Positions 1 to 9,249 of a stretch of 45,234 nt of DNA are shown one piece after another. The position numbers and the translations under genes are program-made. The stretch lies in the NCBI GenBank assembly GCA_947465255.1, contig CANIAA010000001.1, forward strand, positions 1-45,234, written 5' to 3'. Numbering within the stretch: the stretch's first letter is position 1; each line of letters opens with the position of its first letter. The notes under the pieces are model-generated. The model was not told the origin of the DNA and made no database searches. It saw nothing but the letters and a program-made list of their open reading frames with translations. The DNA comes from Flavobacteriales bacterium (GTDB lineage: Bacteria > Bacteroidota > Bacteroidia > Flavobacteriales_D > Sanyastnellaceae).

Positions 1-274
1 CCGCAATGCTGTGAGCCTTTGGTAAACGCTCATAGTGACGGCTGATTTCAATTTGCTCGCGGTTCTCGAACACCTCCTCGAGGTTATCGCTGTTGCTGCC
101 AAACTCTTCCAACTTCTGCGACAACTCTTCTTTCATCTCACGGCTAATTTGATTAGCTCGCTTGGTCAACAAAACGATGGTTTCGAAAAGGTTGCCGTCC
201 ACCTTGTCGTACAACTCGCTGGTGTTGCGGGTAACTGTAGTCTTGGCGGCAGTTGAATTCTTGTATGTACTCAT
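1..274 (-). CDS. rpoZ: DNA-directed RNA polymerase subunit omega (N-terminal part; gene runs off the window start)
   Basis: My own minus-strand translation from the ATG at 274-272 gives MSTYKNSTAAKTTVTRNTSELYDKVDGNLFETIVLLTKRANQISREMKEELSQKLEEFGSNSDNLEEVFENREQIEISRHYERLPKAHSIA..., open to position 1. This is the Bacteroidota RpoZ pattern. There is an ATGA overlap with the bamD stop. It is absent from the ORF track because no stop lies in the window. Confidence 0.8.
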   Translation of the reverse strand, partial: MSTYKNSTAAKTTVTRNTSELYDKVDGNLFETIVLLTKRANQISREMKEELSQKLEEFGSNSDNLEEVFENREQIEISRHYERLPKAHSIA

Positions 275-1107
275 TTTTTAGATTGTTCGCTAGCGGTTGA
301 ACTCAATTTCTCTAGTTGCTTTTCGCTTTTACGGAAGTAACTTTCAGCATCGCTTAAAAACTTACTCTCAGGAAAAGCGGCTGCGAATGTACGATAATTT
401 TCAGCAACCGCGCGCATTCTTTCCAATTTCTTCTCTTCGATGCTCCCATCGGCAAGCATGTACTGACATTTGACAATCAAATACATAGCCTCTTCTCGAT
501 AGACCGAACCCGGATAGTCCTTTACGAAATCCTTGAGCGCCGAGGTAGCCGCCTTGTATTTCAAGGTCTTGGCGAACTGGTAGGCGTTTTCATAAGCCTT
601 CCGCTCCAACTTCATATTCAGACGCTCCATTTGATGATTGGCTGAATCTTTCAAATGGCTACTGGGGTATTTATCCAGAAAAATCTGATACTCATCAAGG
701 GCATTGCGTGTATCGGTTTGATCAAGCGAATAGGTCGGAGAAAGCTGATAGCTGCACTCTGCAGCCAAAAACAGACACTCCTCTGCCTTCGGGCTATTGG
801 TGAAAGTCTTGGTGAAGGTTTTCAGGTAATAGTTTGCCAGATAGTAGTCCTTCACTCCGAAATGGCTCTTGGCGTACATGAAATAAACCTCTTCCGCCAG
901 CTGCGTGCCGCGCGTTAGACCGATCAATTCTTCCAAAATAGGCAGTGATTTATAGAAGTATTCACCCTCATAATACTCCTTCGCTTTGGTGAACTTGTAA
1001 TTGATATCAGTACTCTTCAATACTTTGTTGTACTCGCTGCAGCCCGACAGAACCCAGGCAAAGGAGATCAAAATAACAAGGACGTTGAAAAAGCGGTTGA
1101 TGTTCAT
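271..1107 (-). CDS. bamD: Outer membrane protein assembly factor BamD (TPR lipoprotein)
   Basis: ORF 271..1140. The likely start is the internal Met MNINRFFNVLVILISFAWVLSGC, which gives a signal peptide plus a lipobox Cys. The body is TPR-like and Y/K/A-rich. Position immediately upstream of rpoZ matches Bacteroidota synteny. Confidence 0.85.
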   Translation of the reverse strand: MNINRFFNVLVILISFAWVLSGCSEYNKVLKSTDINYKFTKAKEYYEGEYFYKSLPILEELIGLTRGTQLAEEVYFMYAKSHFGVKDYYLANYYLKTFTKTFTNSPKAEECLFLAAECSYQLSPTYSLDQTDTRNALDEYQIFLDKYPSSHLKDSANHQMERLNMKLERKAYENAYQFAKTLKYKAATSALKDFVKDYPGSVYREEAMYLIVKCQYMLADGSIEEKKLERMRAVAENYRTFAAAFPESKFLSDAESYFRKSEKQLEKLSSTASEQSKK

Positions 1108-1239
1108 GACTTCGGCCGCGAAAATAAGCGAATGTCGCATTTGGGCCTTGAGATAGATAGAATGGACTCTGAAAAAATGTAAAAGCCGGGGCTGTTTATA
1201 ACTGCTATCGAAGCCCCACCAATGAGCGTAACCATTTCC

Positions 1240-1247
1240 TAATTTTG
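1240..1247 (+). promoter_or_regulatory. Candidate Bacteroidota -7 promoter box (TAATTTTG) for the alpha-oxoamine synthase gene
   Basis: TAnnTTTG match lies 27 nt upstream of the TTG start at 1275. No clear -33 TTTG is present. Confidence 0.3.
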
Positions 1248-1274
1248 GCTTTGAAATTTTAAAACCTGAATACG

Positions 1275-2519
1275 TTGGACATTTTTGATCGCATTGCCAA
1301 GAATCGAGGCCCGCTGGGTCAGCATTCTAAAGAATCGCATGGCTACTTCACTTTTCCAAAGCTGGAAGGAGAACTCGGCCCTCATATGACCTTCCGAGGC
1401 AAAAAGGTGTTGGTATGGAGTCTGAATAATTACATCGGACTTGCCAACCATCCGGAAATCCGCAAAGTCGACGCTGAAGCGTCTGCACAATGGGGTATGG
1501 CCTACCCAATGGGCGCCCGCATGATGAGCGGTCAAACAAAATATCACGAACAACTCGAGTCAGAACTCGCTTCTTTCATGCAGAAAGAAGACGCATTTTT
1601 GCTCAATTTCGGTTATCAGGGCTGCATGAGTGCTATTGAAGCTCTTGTGGGCCGCCACGACGTCATTGTATACGACAGCGAATGCCATGCTTGCATGGTA
1701 GATGGAGTTCGATTGCACAACGGTAAGCGCTTCGTTTTCCAACACAATGACATGGAAAGCTTCGAAAAACAATTGAAGCACGCGAAAGCCATCACCGACA
1801 AAACAGGCGGAGGCATTCTGGTTCTGACAGAAGGTGTATTCGGCATGGCCGGTGATCAAGGTAAATTGAAAGAAATTGTAGCATACAAAAAGGAATATGG
1901 TTTCCGTTTGTTTGTAGACGATGCCCATGGTTTCGGGTCTATCGGTGAAAACGGCCGTGGCGCAGGCGATGCTCAAGGCGTTCAAAAAGACATTGATGTG
2001 TACTTCGGAACTTTTGCTAAAGCAATGGCGACCGTCGGCGCATTTGTTGCCAGCGAAGAACACGTTATCGAGTACTTGCGCTACAACATGCGCTCACAAA
2101 CTTTTGCCAAGGCTCTGCCAATGCCTATCGTAATCGGCGCCATTAAGCGTTTGGAAATGCTGCGCTCTATGCCCGAACTGCAAGAGCAACTTTGGCACAT
2201 TGCAGGGGCACTGCAAAACGGCCTCAAAGACGCTGGGTTTGACATCGGATACACTAACTCTGTAGTTACTCCGGTATTCTTGAAAGGTTCACTCGGTGAA
2301 GCTACCAACGTGACACTCGAACTGCGCGAGACATACAACATCTTCTGTTCTATTGTGGTGTATCCCGTAGTTCCGAAAGATGTTATCATGCTGCGACTCA
2401 TTCCAACCGTAGTGCATACCATAGATGATGTGAATTACACCATTGACAGCTTCAAGAAAGTGCGCGAGAAACTGGAAGCAGGAGCCTACAAAGCAGAGAA
2501 GATTGCTAGTTGGGCATAA
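1275..2519 (+). CDS. PLP-dependent alpha-oxoamine synthase family acyltransferase (Kbl/BioF/serine-palmitoyltransferase-like)
   Basis: 414 aa with a TTG start. Family-typical blocks include NNYIGLANHPE, GARMMSGQ, LVDDAHGFG and a FGTFAKA-type PLP-Lys region. Substrate cannot be assigned from sequence alone. Confidence 0.85.
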   Translation: MDIFDRIAKNRGPLGQHSKESHGYFTFPKLEGELGPHMTFRGKKVLVWSLNNYIGLANHPEIRKVDAEASAQWGMAYPMGARMMSGQTKYHEQLESELASFMQKEDAFLLNFGYQGCMSAIEALVGRHDVIVYDSECHACMVDGVRLHNGKRFVFQHNDMESFEKQLKHAKAITDKTGGGILVLTEGVFGMAGDQGKLKEIVAYKKEYGFRLFVDDAHGFGSIGENGRGAGDAQGVQKDIDVYFGTFAKAMATVGAFVASEEHVIEYLRYNMRSQTFAKALPMPIVIGAIKRLEMLRSMPELQEQLWHIAGALQNGLKDAGFDIGYTNSVVTPVFLKGSLGEATNVTLELRETYNIFCSIVVYPVVPKDVIMLRLIPTVVHTIDDVNYTIDSFKKVREKLEAGAYKAEKIASWA

Positions 2520-2535
2520 CCAACCCTGAACGTAT

Positions 2536-2573
2536 AAAATAGAAAAGGCCGCGCATGCGGCCTTTTCTATTTT
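2536..2573. terminator. Bidirectional rho-independent terminator between convergent genes
   Basis: Perfect palindrome AAAATAGAAAAGGCCGC-gcat-GCGGCCTTTTCTATTTT, a GC stem flanked by an A-run and a T-run. Confidence 0.8.
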
Positions 2574-2583
2574 CCATTTCGGA

Positions 2584-3936
2584 CTATTTCAAATTCTTGG
2601 CAAGATAATTCTGCACTTCGCGAATACTCTTTGGCTTCAATACAATCTCTCCTTTCGCATTGAGGAGAAAGAATGCAGGTGTGCGAGTTACGCGATAATC
2701 CTTCGCAACAGGTGATTGAAAATCCTTCATTCCACACACATTTGGAAAGTTGAAGCCTCGTTCTGTGACAGCCGCCTTCCAGGCATCAGCGTTGCGGTCA
2801 ATTGAAACACCCAGAATCTCGAAGCCCTTTTTACTCCAAGCATCATAGCATGCCTTCACTTCTGGTGCTTCACCCTTGCAATGCTCGCAGTAGCTGCTCC
2901 AGAAAAGCACCAGTGTATACTTCTTCTTGGAAGCCAGCGCAAGCAAGTCAAGAGGCTGACCATTCACATCATTCAACTGAACATTAGGAGGTGTATGCCC
3001 AATCGATAACCTCTGAATGCTCTCTGCCGTATTTTTTACCACATTGCTGAGATCGGCATCGCCACACGCATCGCCATTTATATAATTGTCGATGATGTAC
3101 ATGCAAACGGTTTCCATATTGCTTTCATAGAAGCCAACTAGCATTTGATTCAACGCGAATTCAAGAACGGCATCGTGAGCCTTGGCTCGCTCCACTACAA
3201 CTTCGATACAGCTATAAAATCCACTATCACTGCCTTTACTGAAAAGCCTCATGAAACTTTCTATGCGATCCGAAAGAACGCGGCTTCGGATAATACTCAC
3301 ATCACCAAAATCAACGTTGTCCCAATACTTTCGGATATCAGCGCGATTGGGCTCCTGCTTCCACCCCATCATTTTTGCGAGCTGAGTGCCTGGATAATCT
3401 GCAATGATCTTCTTCTGTAAATCAAGCAATTCCTTTTCCTTCAGAGCAAGCTGCTTATCGAAGTCTGCCTTCTTTTCAGGGTTTTTCGCTGCTCCAACCT
3501 TTGCATCCTTAATTGCCTTCAACAAACCGGGCTCTTGTTGCATGTAGAGTGCCCATCCCTGATTTTCGCGGGAATTAGATGACGACATAGCCGTTTCCAG
3601 TTTCGGTGCAGCGAATTGCAGAGCGATTTCCTTTTCGCTTGGGTTCAAAATGACTGGACACATGTTATTCTCATGTATACCCAACATGTAAACACCCAAT
3701 TCATATTCTCGCTCCGCGAACGCAAACTGCCCGTTGCTGAGTTGAGCGCTGTCGAGCTTCACCACATTGCGTCCAAATGACTCCCAGATAAAAACCTTAC
3801 CCATCTTCTGAGCAGTCATAGTGCCACTCACCTTTATGGCGCCTTTCACTGCGGGCCGCTGCAGCGAGTCTGAATCTGATCCGGAACAAACTGCACTTGT
3901 CAAAAACAAGGCGAACAATAGAAAATACTTCGTCAT
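2584..3936 (-). CDS. TlpA/ResA-like thiol:disulfide oxidoreductase lipoprotein (N-terminal DUF4369-like region plus C-terminal thioredoxin fold)
   Basis: ORF 2584..4116. The plausible start is Met61, MTKYFLLFALFLTSAVCSG, giving a signal peptide plus Cys. The C-terminus carries the thioredoxin motif WSSYCEHCKGE (CxxC). Confidence 0.8.
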   Translation of the reverse strand: MTKYFLLFALFLTSAVCSGSDSDSLQRPAVKGAIKVSGTMTAQKMGKVFIWESFGRNVVKLDSAQLSNGQFAFAEREYELGVYMLGIHENNMCPVILNPSEKEIALQFAAPKLETAMSSSNSRENQGWALYMQQEPGLLKAIKDAKVGAAKNPEKKADFDKQLALKEKELLDLQKKIIADYPGTQLAKMMGWKQEPNRADIRKYWDNVDFGDVSIIRSRVLSDRIESFMRLFSKGSDSGFYSCIEVVVERAKAHDAVLEFALNQMLVGFYESNMETVCMYIIDNYINGDACGDADLSNVVKNTAESIQRLSIGHTPPNVQLNDVNGQPLDLLALASKKKYTLVLFWSSYCEHCKGEAPEVKACYDAWSKKGFEILGVSIDRNADAWKAAVTERGFNFPNVCGMKDFQSPVAKDYRVTRTPAFFLLNAKGEIVLKPKSIREVQNYLAKNLK

Positions 3937-4097
3937 ATACATTTCAATTTGATGATAACAAAAATAAGTGTCCGGCAAAATACCCTCCATCTCTTTGCCT
4001 ATTGATGTGGCCTGTTGAAGCCGGATGTATTTTTGCGAACTCACGCAATTGATAAAAATCAGGCCAAAAAACGCAACACTCACCAACCCGCTTCGTA

Positions 4098-4670
4098 ATG
4101 GATTCCGAAAGTACAAAACAGAAAGCTATGGCCTTGATGGGGATTGAATCAACGCACGATTTCGATGATATCACAAATCGGCATGAAGAAAAACTGTTCG
4201 AATGGAAGCAAGATGTATTGCAGAAATACATGGTACCTTCCCTGCTGCGCAGTAAACAGAAAATCATAAGTCAACTCATTGCGGCAGAACAAACGCTTTC
4301 ATTAGCGCAAGCAGAAGTGGAAATGAGTGCAGAAATGCCTCGTTTATCGCACGCCAGCAAGGCAGATTTACTGGAATCATATGAAAGAGGCATGAGTAGT
4401 CTGAAATTGATGCTCATGAATTTGACATCATTCAAGCAACTCGAGCAAATCTTATCGGCGCTCATCGAGTGGCAAGAGTCGTATATGCTTCGATTCTCCG
4501 AACTTTTCCACGAGTATTCCGAAGCTCTTCCGGAAGAAGTAAACTCACGCGAAATGATTGATACCGGAAAGCTCCTTCTCGCTCTGAAACAAAATCAAAT
4601 CGACAACAAGATGAGCTGGGCAATTGAAAGGGAAATTTCACGCATAAAAAAAATACGAGGAATCGCATAG
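4098..4670 (+). CDS. Hypothetical all-helical protein
   Basis: 190-aa ORF filling the gap between two minus-strand genes. I recognise no motif and see no signal peptide. The start is uncertain; an alternative is MALMGIE. Confidence 0.5.
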   Translation: MDSESTKQKAMALMGIESTHDFDDITNRHEEKLFEWKQDVLQKYMVPSLLRSKQKIISQLIAAEQTLSLAQAEVEMSAEMPRLSHASKADLLESYERGMSSLKLMLMNLTSFKQLEQILSALIEWQESYMLRFSELFHEYSEALPEEVNSREMIDTGKLLLALKQNQIDNKMSWAIEREISRIKKIRGIA

Positions 4671-4672
4671 TC

Positions 4673-5914
4673 CTACTCGTAGCGCAATGCCTCTATGGGA
4701 TTTAACTTGGCTGCCTTGCGTGCCGGGTAATAGCCACTGATAACGCTCACCATAAAGCAGATAGTGACACCTATGAATATCCATGCCCATGGCACGGTGA
4801 AACTCGTTCCCACTACCAACGACACGACATTACCTGCCAGTATTCCGAGGAAAATTCCAACCACGCCTCCCAATTGTCCAATCATAATGGACTCTATCAG
4901 AAACTGAGATCGAATGGCGGAAGAGCTTGCTCCAATAGCTTTGCGGGTTCCGATTTCGCGCGTACGCTCCGTTACCGAAACAAGCATAATATTCATCAAA
5001 CCGATAGCAGCCCCCAAGAGTGTGATCACACCTATAATCGAAGCACCAACGGTAATATTCGAGGTAAGATCATTCAGGTCGCGCGCAATTTGATCACTCT
5101 TGTACATTTCGAATGTATCTTCTTCCCCAGGCATATTGCCCCGAATGGTGCGCATTAATCCGCGTGCCTCATCCATAGCGGTGCTAATTGTGCGCACATC
5201 GGTCACACGAATATTCAAAGTATACTCTGTTTCAGCTGTTGCCATACTCTTTCTCACGTTAGAAACCGGAACCAGACATTGGTTGTCGCCAGACATTCCG
5301 AACGTATTTCCCTTACTCTTCAGAACGCCGATGACCTCGTATCGGTAACTTCCTATGAAGAGTTCCTTTCCAACTGCCCCTGTGTTTTCGAAGAGTTGCT
5401 TTTTCACATCCGCACCAATGATAACGACGTTGGTGCCATCATCCATTTCGCCTTCACTGAAATTTCGTCCCATTTCAAGATCATATCCTGAAAGTTCCAG
5501 GTAAGATGGCTCGCAGCCCAAGACACGAATGTTGGGGTTCGATTTAATGCTCTCATGCCGAAGCGTTGCATTAAATGACGCTACACTGGTCATGGATACA
5601 ACTGAGGGATAATCGAACTCACGCGTGAAACGAATAGCCTCCTGAAAAGTAATCGGCGGATTCTCTCGTTCCACCTGACCCCGGCGGCCGCCCATAGAAC
5701 CCGAGCGCATGGTGAAGGTGTTACTCCCCATTCGACCGAATTCCTTGTTAACCTTATTCTCGAGCGCCTGAGTGGCGGTAATCATGGCCACCAAAGCCAT
5801 AATACCCAAAGCAATAATACTCACCGTAATGACAGCGCGTAAACGCTGACTACCGATGGCCAACCAGGCTATCCGTATGTTTTCGCGGGTGGCGGGTGAG
5901 AACAAGTGCTTCAT
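4673..5914 (-). CDS. ABC transporter permease, FtsX/MacB-like
   Basis: 413 aa with an N-terminal TM helix, a large periplasmic MacB-like domain and a C-terminal FtsX-type 3-TM bundle ending [18 protein letters not shown]. Confidence 0.85.
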   Translation of the reverse strand: MKHLFSPATRENIRIAWLAIGSQRLRAVITVSIIALGIMALVAMITATQALENKVNKEFGRMGSNTFTMRSGSMGGRRGQVERENPPITFQEAIRFTREFDYPSVVSMTSVASFNATLRHESIKSNPNIRVLGCEPSYLELSGYDLEMGRNFSEGEMDDGTNVVIIGADVKKQLFENTGAVGKELFIGSYRYEVIGVLKSKGNTFGMSGDNQCLVPVSNVRKSMATAETEYTLNIRVTDVRTISTAMDEARGLMRTIRGNMPGEEDTFEMYKSDQIARDLNDLTSNITVGASIIGVITLLGAAIGLMNIMLVSVTERTREIGTRKAIGASSSAIRSQFLIESIMIGQLGGVVGIFLGILAGNVVSLVVGTSFTVPWAWIFIGVTICFMVSVISGYYPARKAAKLNPIEALRYE

Positions 5915-6001
5915 GGCAGCGGTAAAACTACTGACATTCCTTTCAATCTGACTCGCAACTGAAGTTAATCCTAATTAACACTTGTGTTACTCATGCTACA
6001 T

Positions 6002-6029
6002 TTTGTAGGCAACACCACCGATATATTTG
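6002..6029 (+). promoter_or_regulatory. Candidate Bacteroidota sigma-A promoter for trxB (-33 TTTG plus -7 TATATTTG)
   Basis: TTTG at 6002-6005 and TAnnTTTG (TATATTTG) at 6022-6029, 16 nt upstream of the trxB ATG at 6046. Confidence 0.45.
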
Positions 6030-6045
6030 CAAACCAAATTAAACC

Positions 6046-6999
6046 ATGATGGAAGCAAAAGAACATGTGAAGTGCCTGATCATTGGCAGCGGCCCCGCCG
6101 GATATACAGCAGCAATTTACGCAGCTCGTGCTGATATGAAACCTGTGATGTACGAGGGTTCACAGCCCGGTGGCCAATTGATGGACACCACCGAGGTTGA
6201 TAATTTCCCGGGCTACCCACAAGGCGTGAATGGCCCGGCCATGATGGCTGATTTGAAAAACCAGGCGCTCCGCTTTGATACGGATGTTCGCAGCGGCTGG
6301 GTCACCAAAGTTGACTTTACCGGCCCAAAGCATTGGGTTGAAATCGATAACGGCAAACACACCATTACAGCTGATTCTATCATCATCTCTACCGGTGCCA
6401 GCGCAAAGTGGCTGGGACTTCCCAACGAAACGCGTTTGCGTGAATTGGGTGGCGGTGTGAGTGCTTGTGCCGTATGTGACGGTTTCTTCTATCGCAATCA
6501 GGACGTTGTCATCGTAGGTGCCGGTGATACTGCAGCGGAAGAAGCGACTTACCTCGCGAAGCTCTGCAAACAAGTATATATGCTCGTGCGTAGCGATAAA
6601 ATGCGAGCCTCCAAAGCCATGCAACACCGTGTTACAAACACTCCAAACATTGAAGTGCTTTGGAATACAGAAACAGAAGACCTTTTGGGTGACCAGGGTT
6701 TAGAAGCTGTATTGGTGAAAAACCGCGAGACGGGAGAACAACGCACATTGAAAGCAACCGGTTTCTTCGTAGCCATTGGTCACAAACCCAATACCGATGT
6801 TTTCAAGCCTTGGATTAATACCGACGAAACAGGATACATCCTGAATGTACCGGGTTCATCTAAAACGAACATTGAAGGTGTTTTCGTGGCTGGCGATGCT
6901 GCTGATAAAACATATCGTCAGGCTGTAACAGCAGCAGGAACAGGATGCATGGCTGCGCTCGATGCTGAACGCTACCTGGCCGCGAACGGAATTCATTAA
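6046..6999 (+). CDS. trxB: Thioredoxin-disulfide reductase
   Basis: 317 aa with the FAD motif GSGPAGYTAA, the redox-active CAVCDG, an NADPH Rossmann motif VVIVGAGDTAAEEA, and GVFVAGD. Confidence 0.95.
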   Translation: MMEAKEHVKCLIIGSGPAGYTAAIYAARADMKPVMYEGSQPGGQLMDTTEVDNFPGYPQGVNGPAMMADLKNQALRFDTDVRSGWVTKVDFTGPKHWVEIDNGKHTITADSIIISTGASAKWLGLPNETRLRELGGGVSACAVCDGFFYRNQDVVIVGAGDTAAEEATYLAKLCKQVYMLVRSDKMRASKAMQHRVTNTPNIEVLWNTETEDLLGDQGLEAVLVKNRETGEQRTLKATGFFVAIGHKPNTDVFKPWINTDETGYILNVPGSSKTNIEGVFVAGDAADKTYRQAVTAAGTGCMAALDAERYLAANGIH

Positions 7000-7004
7000 T
7001 CCGA

Positions 7005-7739
7005 ATGCCTATACAATTTCGGCTCATTTTACTGGCCCTGCTTCTTAGCTTGTGCAGGCAAACATTAGCGTTTCAGGCAACAGCAGATTCTATTGCGCCC
7101 TTTTCGCAAGAAGAATTATTGGGCAAGTTCAATCCGGCCAAGCATAGCAGCTTTCAACTCATCGAGTCGCGGTTCTCGACCAAGACAGATATCTACCTGC
7201 GAAAGGAAGCGTATGAAGCATTCAAGCGAATGCATGAAGCAGCGTTGAAAGAAGGCATTACGCTGACCATTCTATCAGCAACGCGCAACTTTGATGCGCA
7301 AAAAGGAATTTGGGAGCGCAAATGGAAGCGGCCTCAATACGAAGGCAAGACCGATCTCGAGCGCATTGTCGACATCATGAAATTCAGCAGCATGCCCGGC
7401 ACGAGCCGCCACCACTGGGGCACGGATATCGATCTAAACAGCTTAGAGCCTGCTTATTTCACCCAGGGAAAAGGTCTCGCCATTTATCAATGGCTGAACA
7501 CTCATGCTGCCGAGTTTGGATACTACCAGACCTACACCTCAAAAAAGGATGGTCGCAGCGGCTATGAAGAAGAGGCTTGGCACTGGAGCTACATGCCATT
7601 GGCAGGCCCTATGCTGAATGCCTACAATCGACTCATTTCGTATTCAGATTTATCCGGATTTTCGGGAAGTGCTTCGGCAGACAAGGCACGAGTGCTGGAG
7701 GAATTCGTAAACGGAATTGCCCCAAACTTGAAGAAATAA
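7005..7739 (+). CDS. M15 family metallopeptidase (VanY / D-Ala-D-Ala carboxypeptidase-like), secreted
   Basis: 244 aa with a signal peptide. Zn-ligand pattern SRHHWGTDIDL plus a distal WHWSY. Lies 5 nt after trxB and is likely co-transcribed. Confidence 0.8.
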   Translation: MPIQFRLILLALLLSLCRQTLAFQATADSIAPFSQEELLGKFNPAKHSSFQLIESRFSTKTDIYLRKEAYEAFKRMHEAALKEGITLTILSATRNFDAQKGIWERKWKRPQYEGKTDLERIVDIMKFSSMPGTSRHHWGTDIDLNSLEPAYFTQGKGLAIYQWLNTHAAEFGYYQTYTSKKDGRSGYEEEAWHWSYMPLAGPMLNAYNRLISYSDLSGFSGSASADKARVLEEFVNGIAPNLKK

Positions 7740-7766
7740 AAAAAGGTCCTTTGCAGGACCTTTTTC
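7738..7766 (+). terminator. Rho-independent terminator
   Basis: AAAAAGGTCC-tttgca-GGACCTTTTT directly after the stop at 7739. Confidence 0.7.
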
Positions 7767-7772
7767 ATGAAG

Positions 7773-7846
7773 GGTGATCGATGGGGATCGAACCCACGAC
7801 AACCAGAACCACAATCTGGGGCTCTACCAACTGAGCTACGACCACC
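7773..7846 (-). tRNA. tRNA-His (anticodon GTG)
   Basis: Hand-folded minus strand: G-1, acceptor GTGGTCG/CGATCAC, D-arm GCTC-AGTTGGTA-GAGC, anticodon stem CCAGA/TCTGG with loop TTGTGGT, T-arm GTGGG-TTCGATC-CCCAT, discriminator C pairing with G-1 (the His identity feature). CCA is not encoded. Confidence 0.9.
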
Positions 7847-7924
7847 GTCTAAAATGCGGGTGCAAATTAAATGTATTTTTCTTTCAGAACCAACAAGAAA
7901 ATCATGTAATCGTTTGCGCTTAGA

Positions 7925-9076
7925 TTGCAACCACAAAATACCGTGAGCGACAAGAGACTTTCCATACTATTTACATCGGGTTGGTATCCCAGCAAGGCAC
8001 ATTCTACCGTGGGCAACTTCGTGCAACGGCATGCCGAGGCGGTGGCTACACGATGCGATGTATGGGTCTTGTATGTTGCCTCCATGCCCCAATGGCAAGG
8101 TCCTCCCAAGATTGAAGAGCACCACGAGAAAGATGTAACTACGGTAATCGTCTACTGCCGACCCGGCTTTTTCGCCAAGCGCAAGGCATTCATCAAAGGC
8201 GCTTATCATCTGATTCGTTCGAAAAAAATTCAATTCGACGCCGTTCATCATAACGTGCTTTGGCCGCATGGATGGCAGCCTAGGTGGTTGCACAGCAAAT
8301 TCAATTTACCCTACTTAGTGACAGAACACTGGACGGGCTATGACCCTATCAATGCAAACAAGCGACATCCGCTGCTGTTATGGATGTCGAAATTCGGTGC
8401 GCGAAAGGCGTCGTTCCTCTGCCCGGTCACCATGGATCTGCAGCAAAAGATGATTGACTTCGGAATAAGTGGCAACTATCGCGTTGTACCCAATGTTGTC
8501 GATACTCGTCTATTTTCAATGGCAGCTCCCGAGGGCGGCACAATTCGATTCTTACATGTAAGCTCATTAGTGGACGGCCACAAAAACATCAGTGGCATTT
8601 TGCGCGTTTGGAAAAAGATTTCAGATCGACTGCCCAACGTGCACCTCACACTTGGCGGCGATGGCCCGGTGGAACATTGGAAGCAATATGCGGCGAACCT
8701 TGGTATTCGAGCGAATTGCATCGACTTCTTTGGTGAAACCACCTGGCAAGGTGTTGCGCAAAAAATGGAATCGTCGCATGCTCTTTTGCTCTTCAGCAAT
8801 TACGAAAACTTACCGTGTGTGATTGTAGAAGCCCTTGCCTGTGGCCTTCCGGTGATTAGCACGCGCGTAGGCGGAATCAGCGAACACATCAGTGCCGAGC
8901 GCGGTATTCTTGTTGAACGCGGCGATGAAGATGCATTACAACGCGCCATTGAAACCATGGCAAAGAACATACACACGTACGACCAATCTGCGCTGCGCAA
9001 TTATGCGCTGGAGCGATTCAGTAATGAGGCGGTGGCGACGGAGTTTGAAAAGCTGTATAGGATTATAGCGAAGTAG
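7925..9076 (+). CDS. Glycosyltransferase, GT4 (GT-B fold) family
   Basis: 383 aa with a TTG start. The C-terminal sugar-donor region EALACGLPVISTRVGGISEHI is typical of GT4/GT1 enzymes. Confidence 0.8.
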   Translation: MQPQNTVSDKRLSILFTSGWYPSKAHSTVGNFVQRHAEAVATRCDVWVLYVASMPQWQGPPKIEEHHEKDVTTVIVYCRPGFFAKRKAFIKGAYHLIRSKKIQFDAVHHNVLWPHGWQPRWLHSKFNLPYLVTEHWTGYDPINANKRHPLLLWMSKFGARKASFLCPVTMDLQQKMIDFGISGNYRVVPNVVDTRLFSMAAPEGGTIRFLHVSSLVDGHKNISGILRVWKKISDRLPNVHLTLGGDGPVEHWKQYAANLGIRANCIDFFGETTWQGVAQKMESSHALLLFSNYENLPCVIVEALACGLPVISTRVGGISEHISAERGILVERGDEDALQRAIETMAKNIHTYDQSALRNYALERFSNEAVATEFEKLYRIIAK

Positions 9077-9249
9077 GATTGTAGCATATAGGGCGCAGTC
9101 GAGGCCACATTCGAAATACAGCTAACGTTGCCAAAGCGAAGTCGAGGGTAATCCGTCCTCACTCTTCACACTAGACGTCCTTATGGTTCAAAAAAAATTG
9201 AAGGTTGAAAGTTGACACACCCTATAATCCTACAATCCTATTTTCCTAC
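9064..9249. repeat. Inverted-repeat intergenic element (heptamer-periodic arms) spanning the junction of two convergent genes
   Basis: Left arm 9074-9093 is TAGGATTGTAGCATATAGGG. The reverse complement of 9220-9240 is TAGGATTGTAGGATTATAGGG. They share an identical 11-mer TAGGATTGTAG, and both gene stops lie inside the arms. The 126-nt core contains GCCAAAGCGAAGT (9130-9142) and an A8 run. Confidence 0.6.

Noticed and set aside
35-256. 73-aa plus-strand ORF at the window start
   Set aside because: It lies entirely antisense to the rpoZ reading frame, which has a clear family match. Its composition is that of a shadow ORF.
7622-7936. 104-aa minus-strand ORF
   Set aside because: It reads straight through the tRNA-His gene and a terminator, so it is not coding.
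7773-9076. tRNA-His as an integration site for a genomic island
   Set aside because: There is no integrase, no direct repeat of the tRNA 3' end, and the flanking genes (M15 peptidase, GT4) look like ordinary envelope genes.
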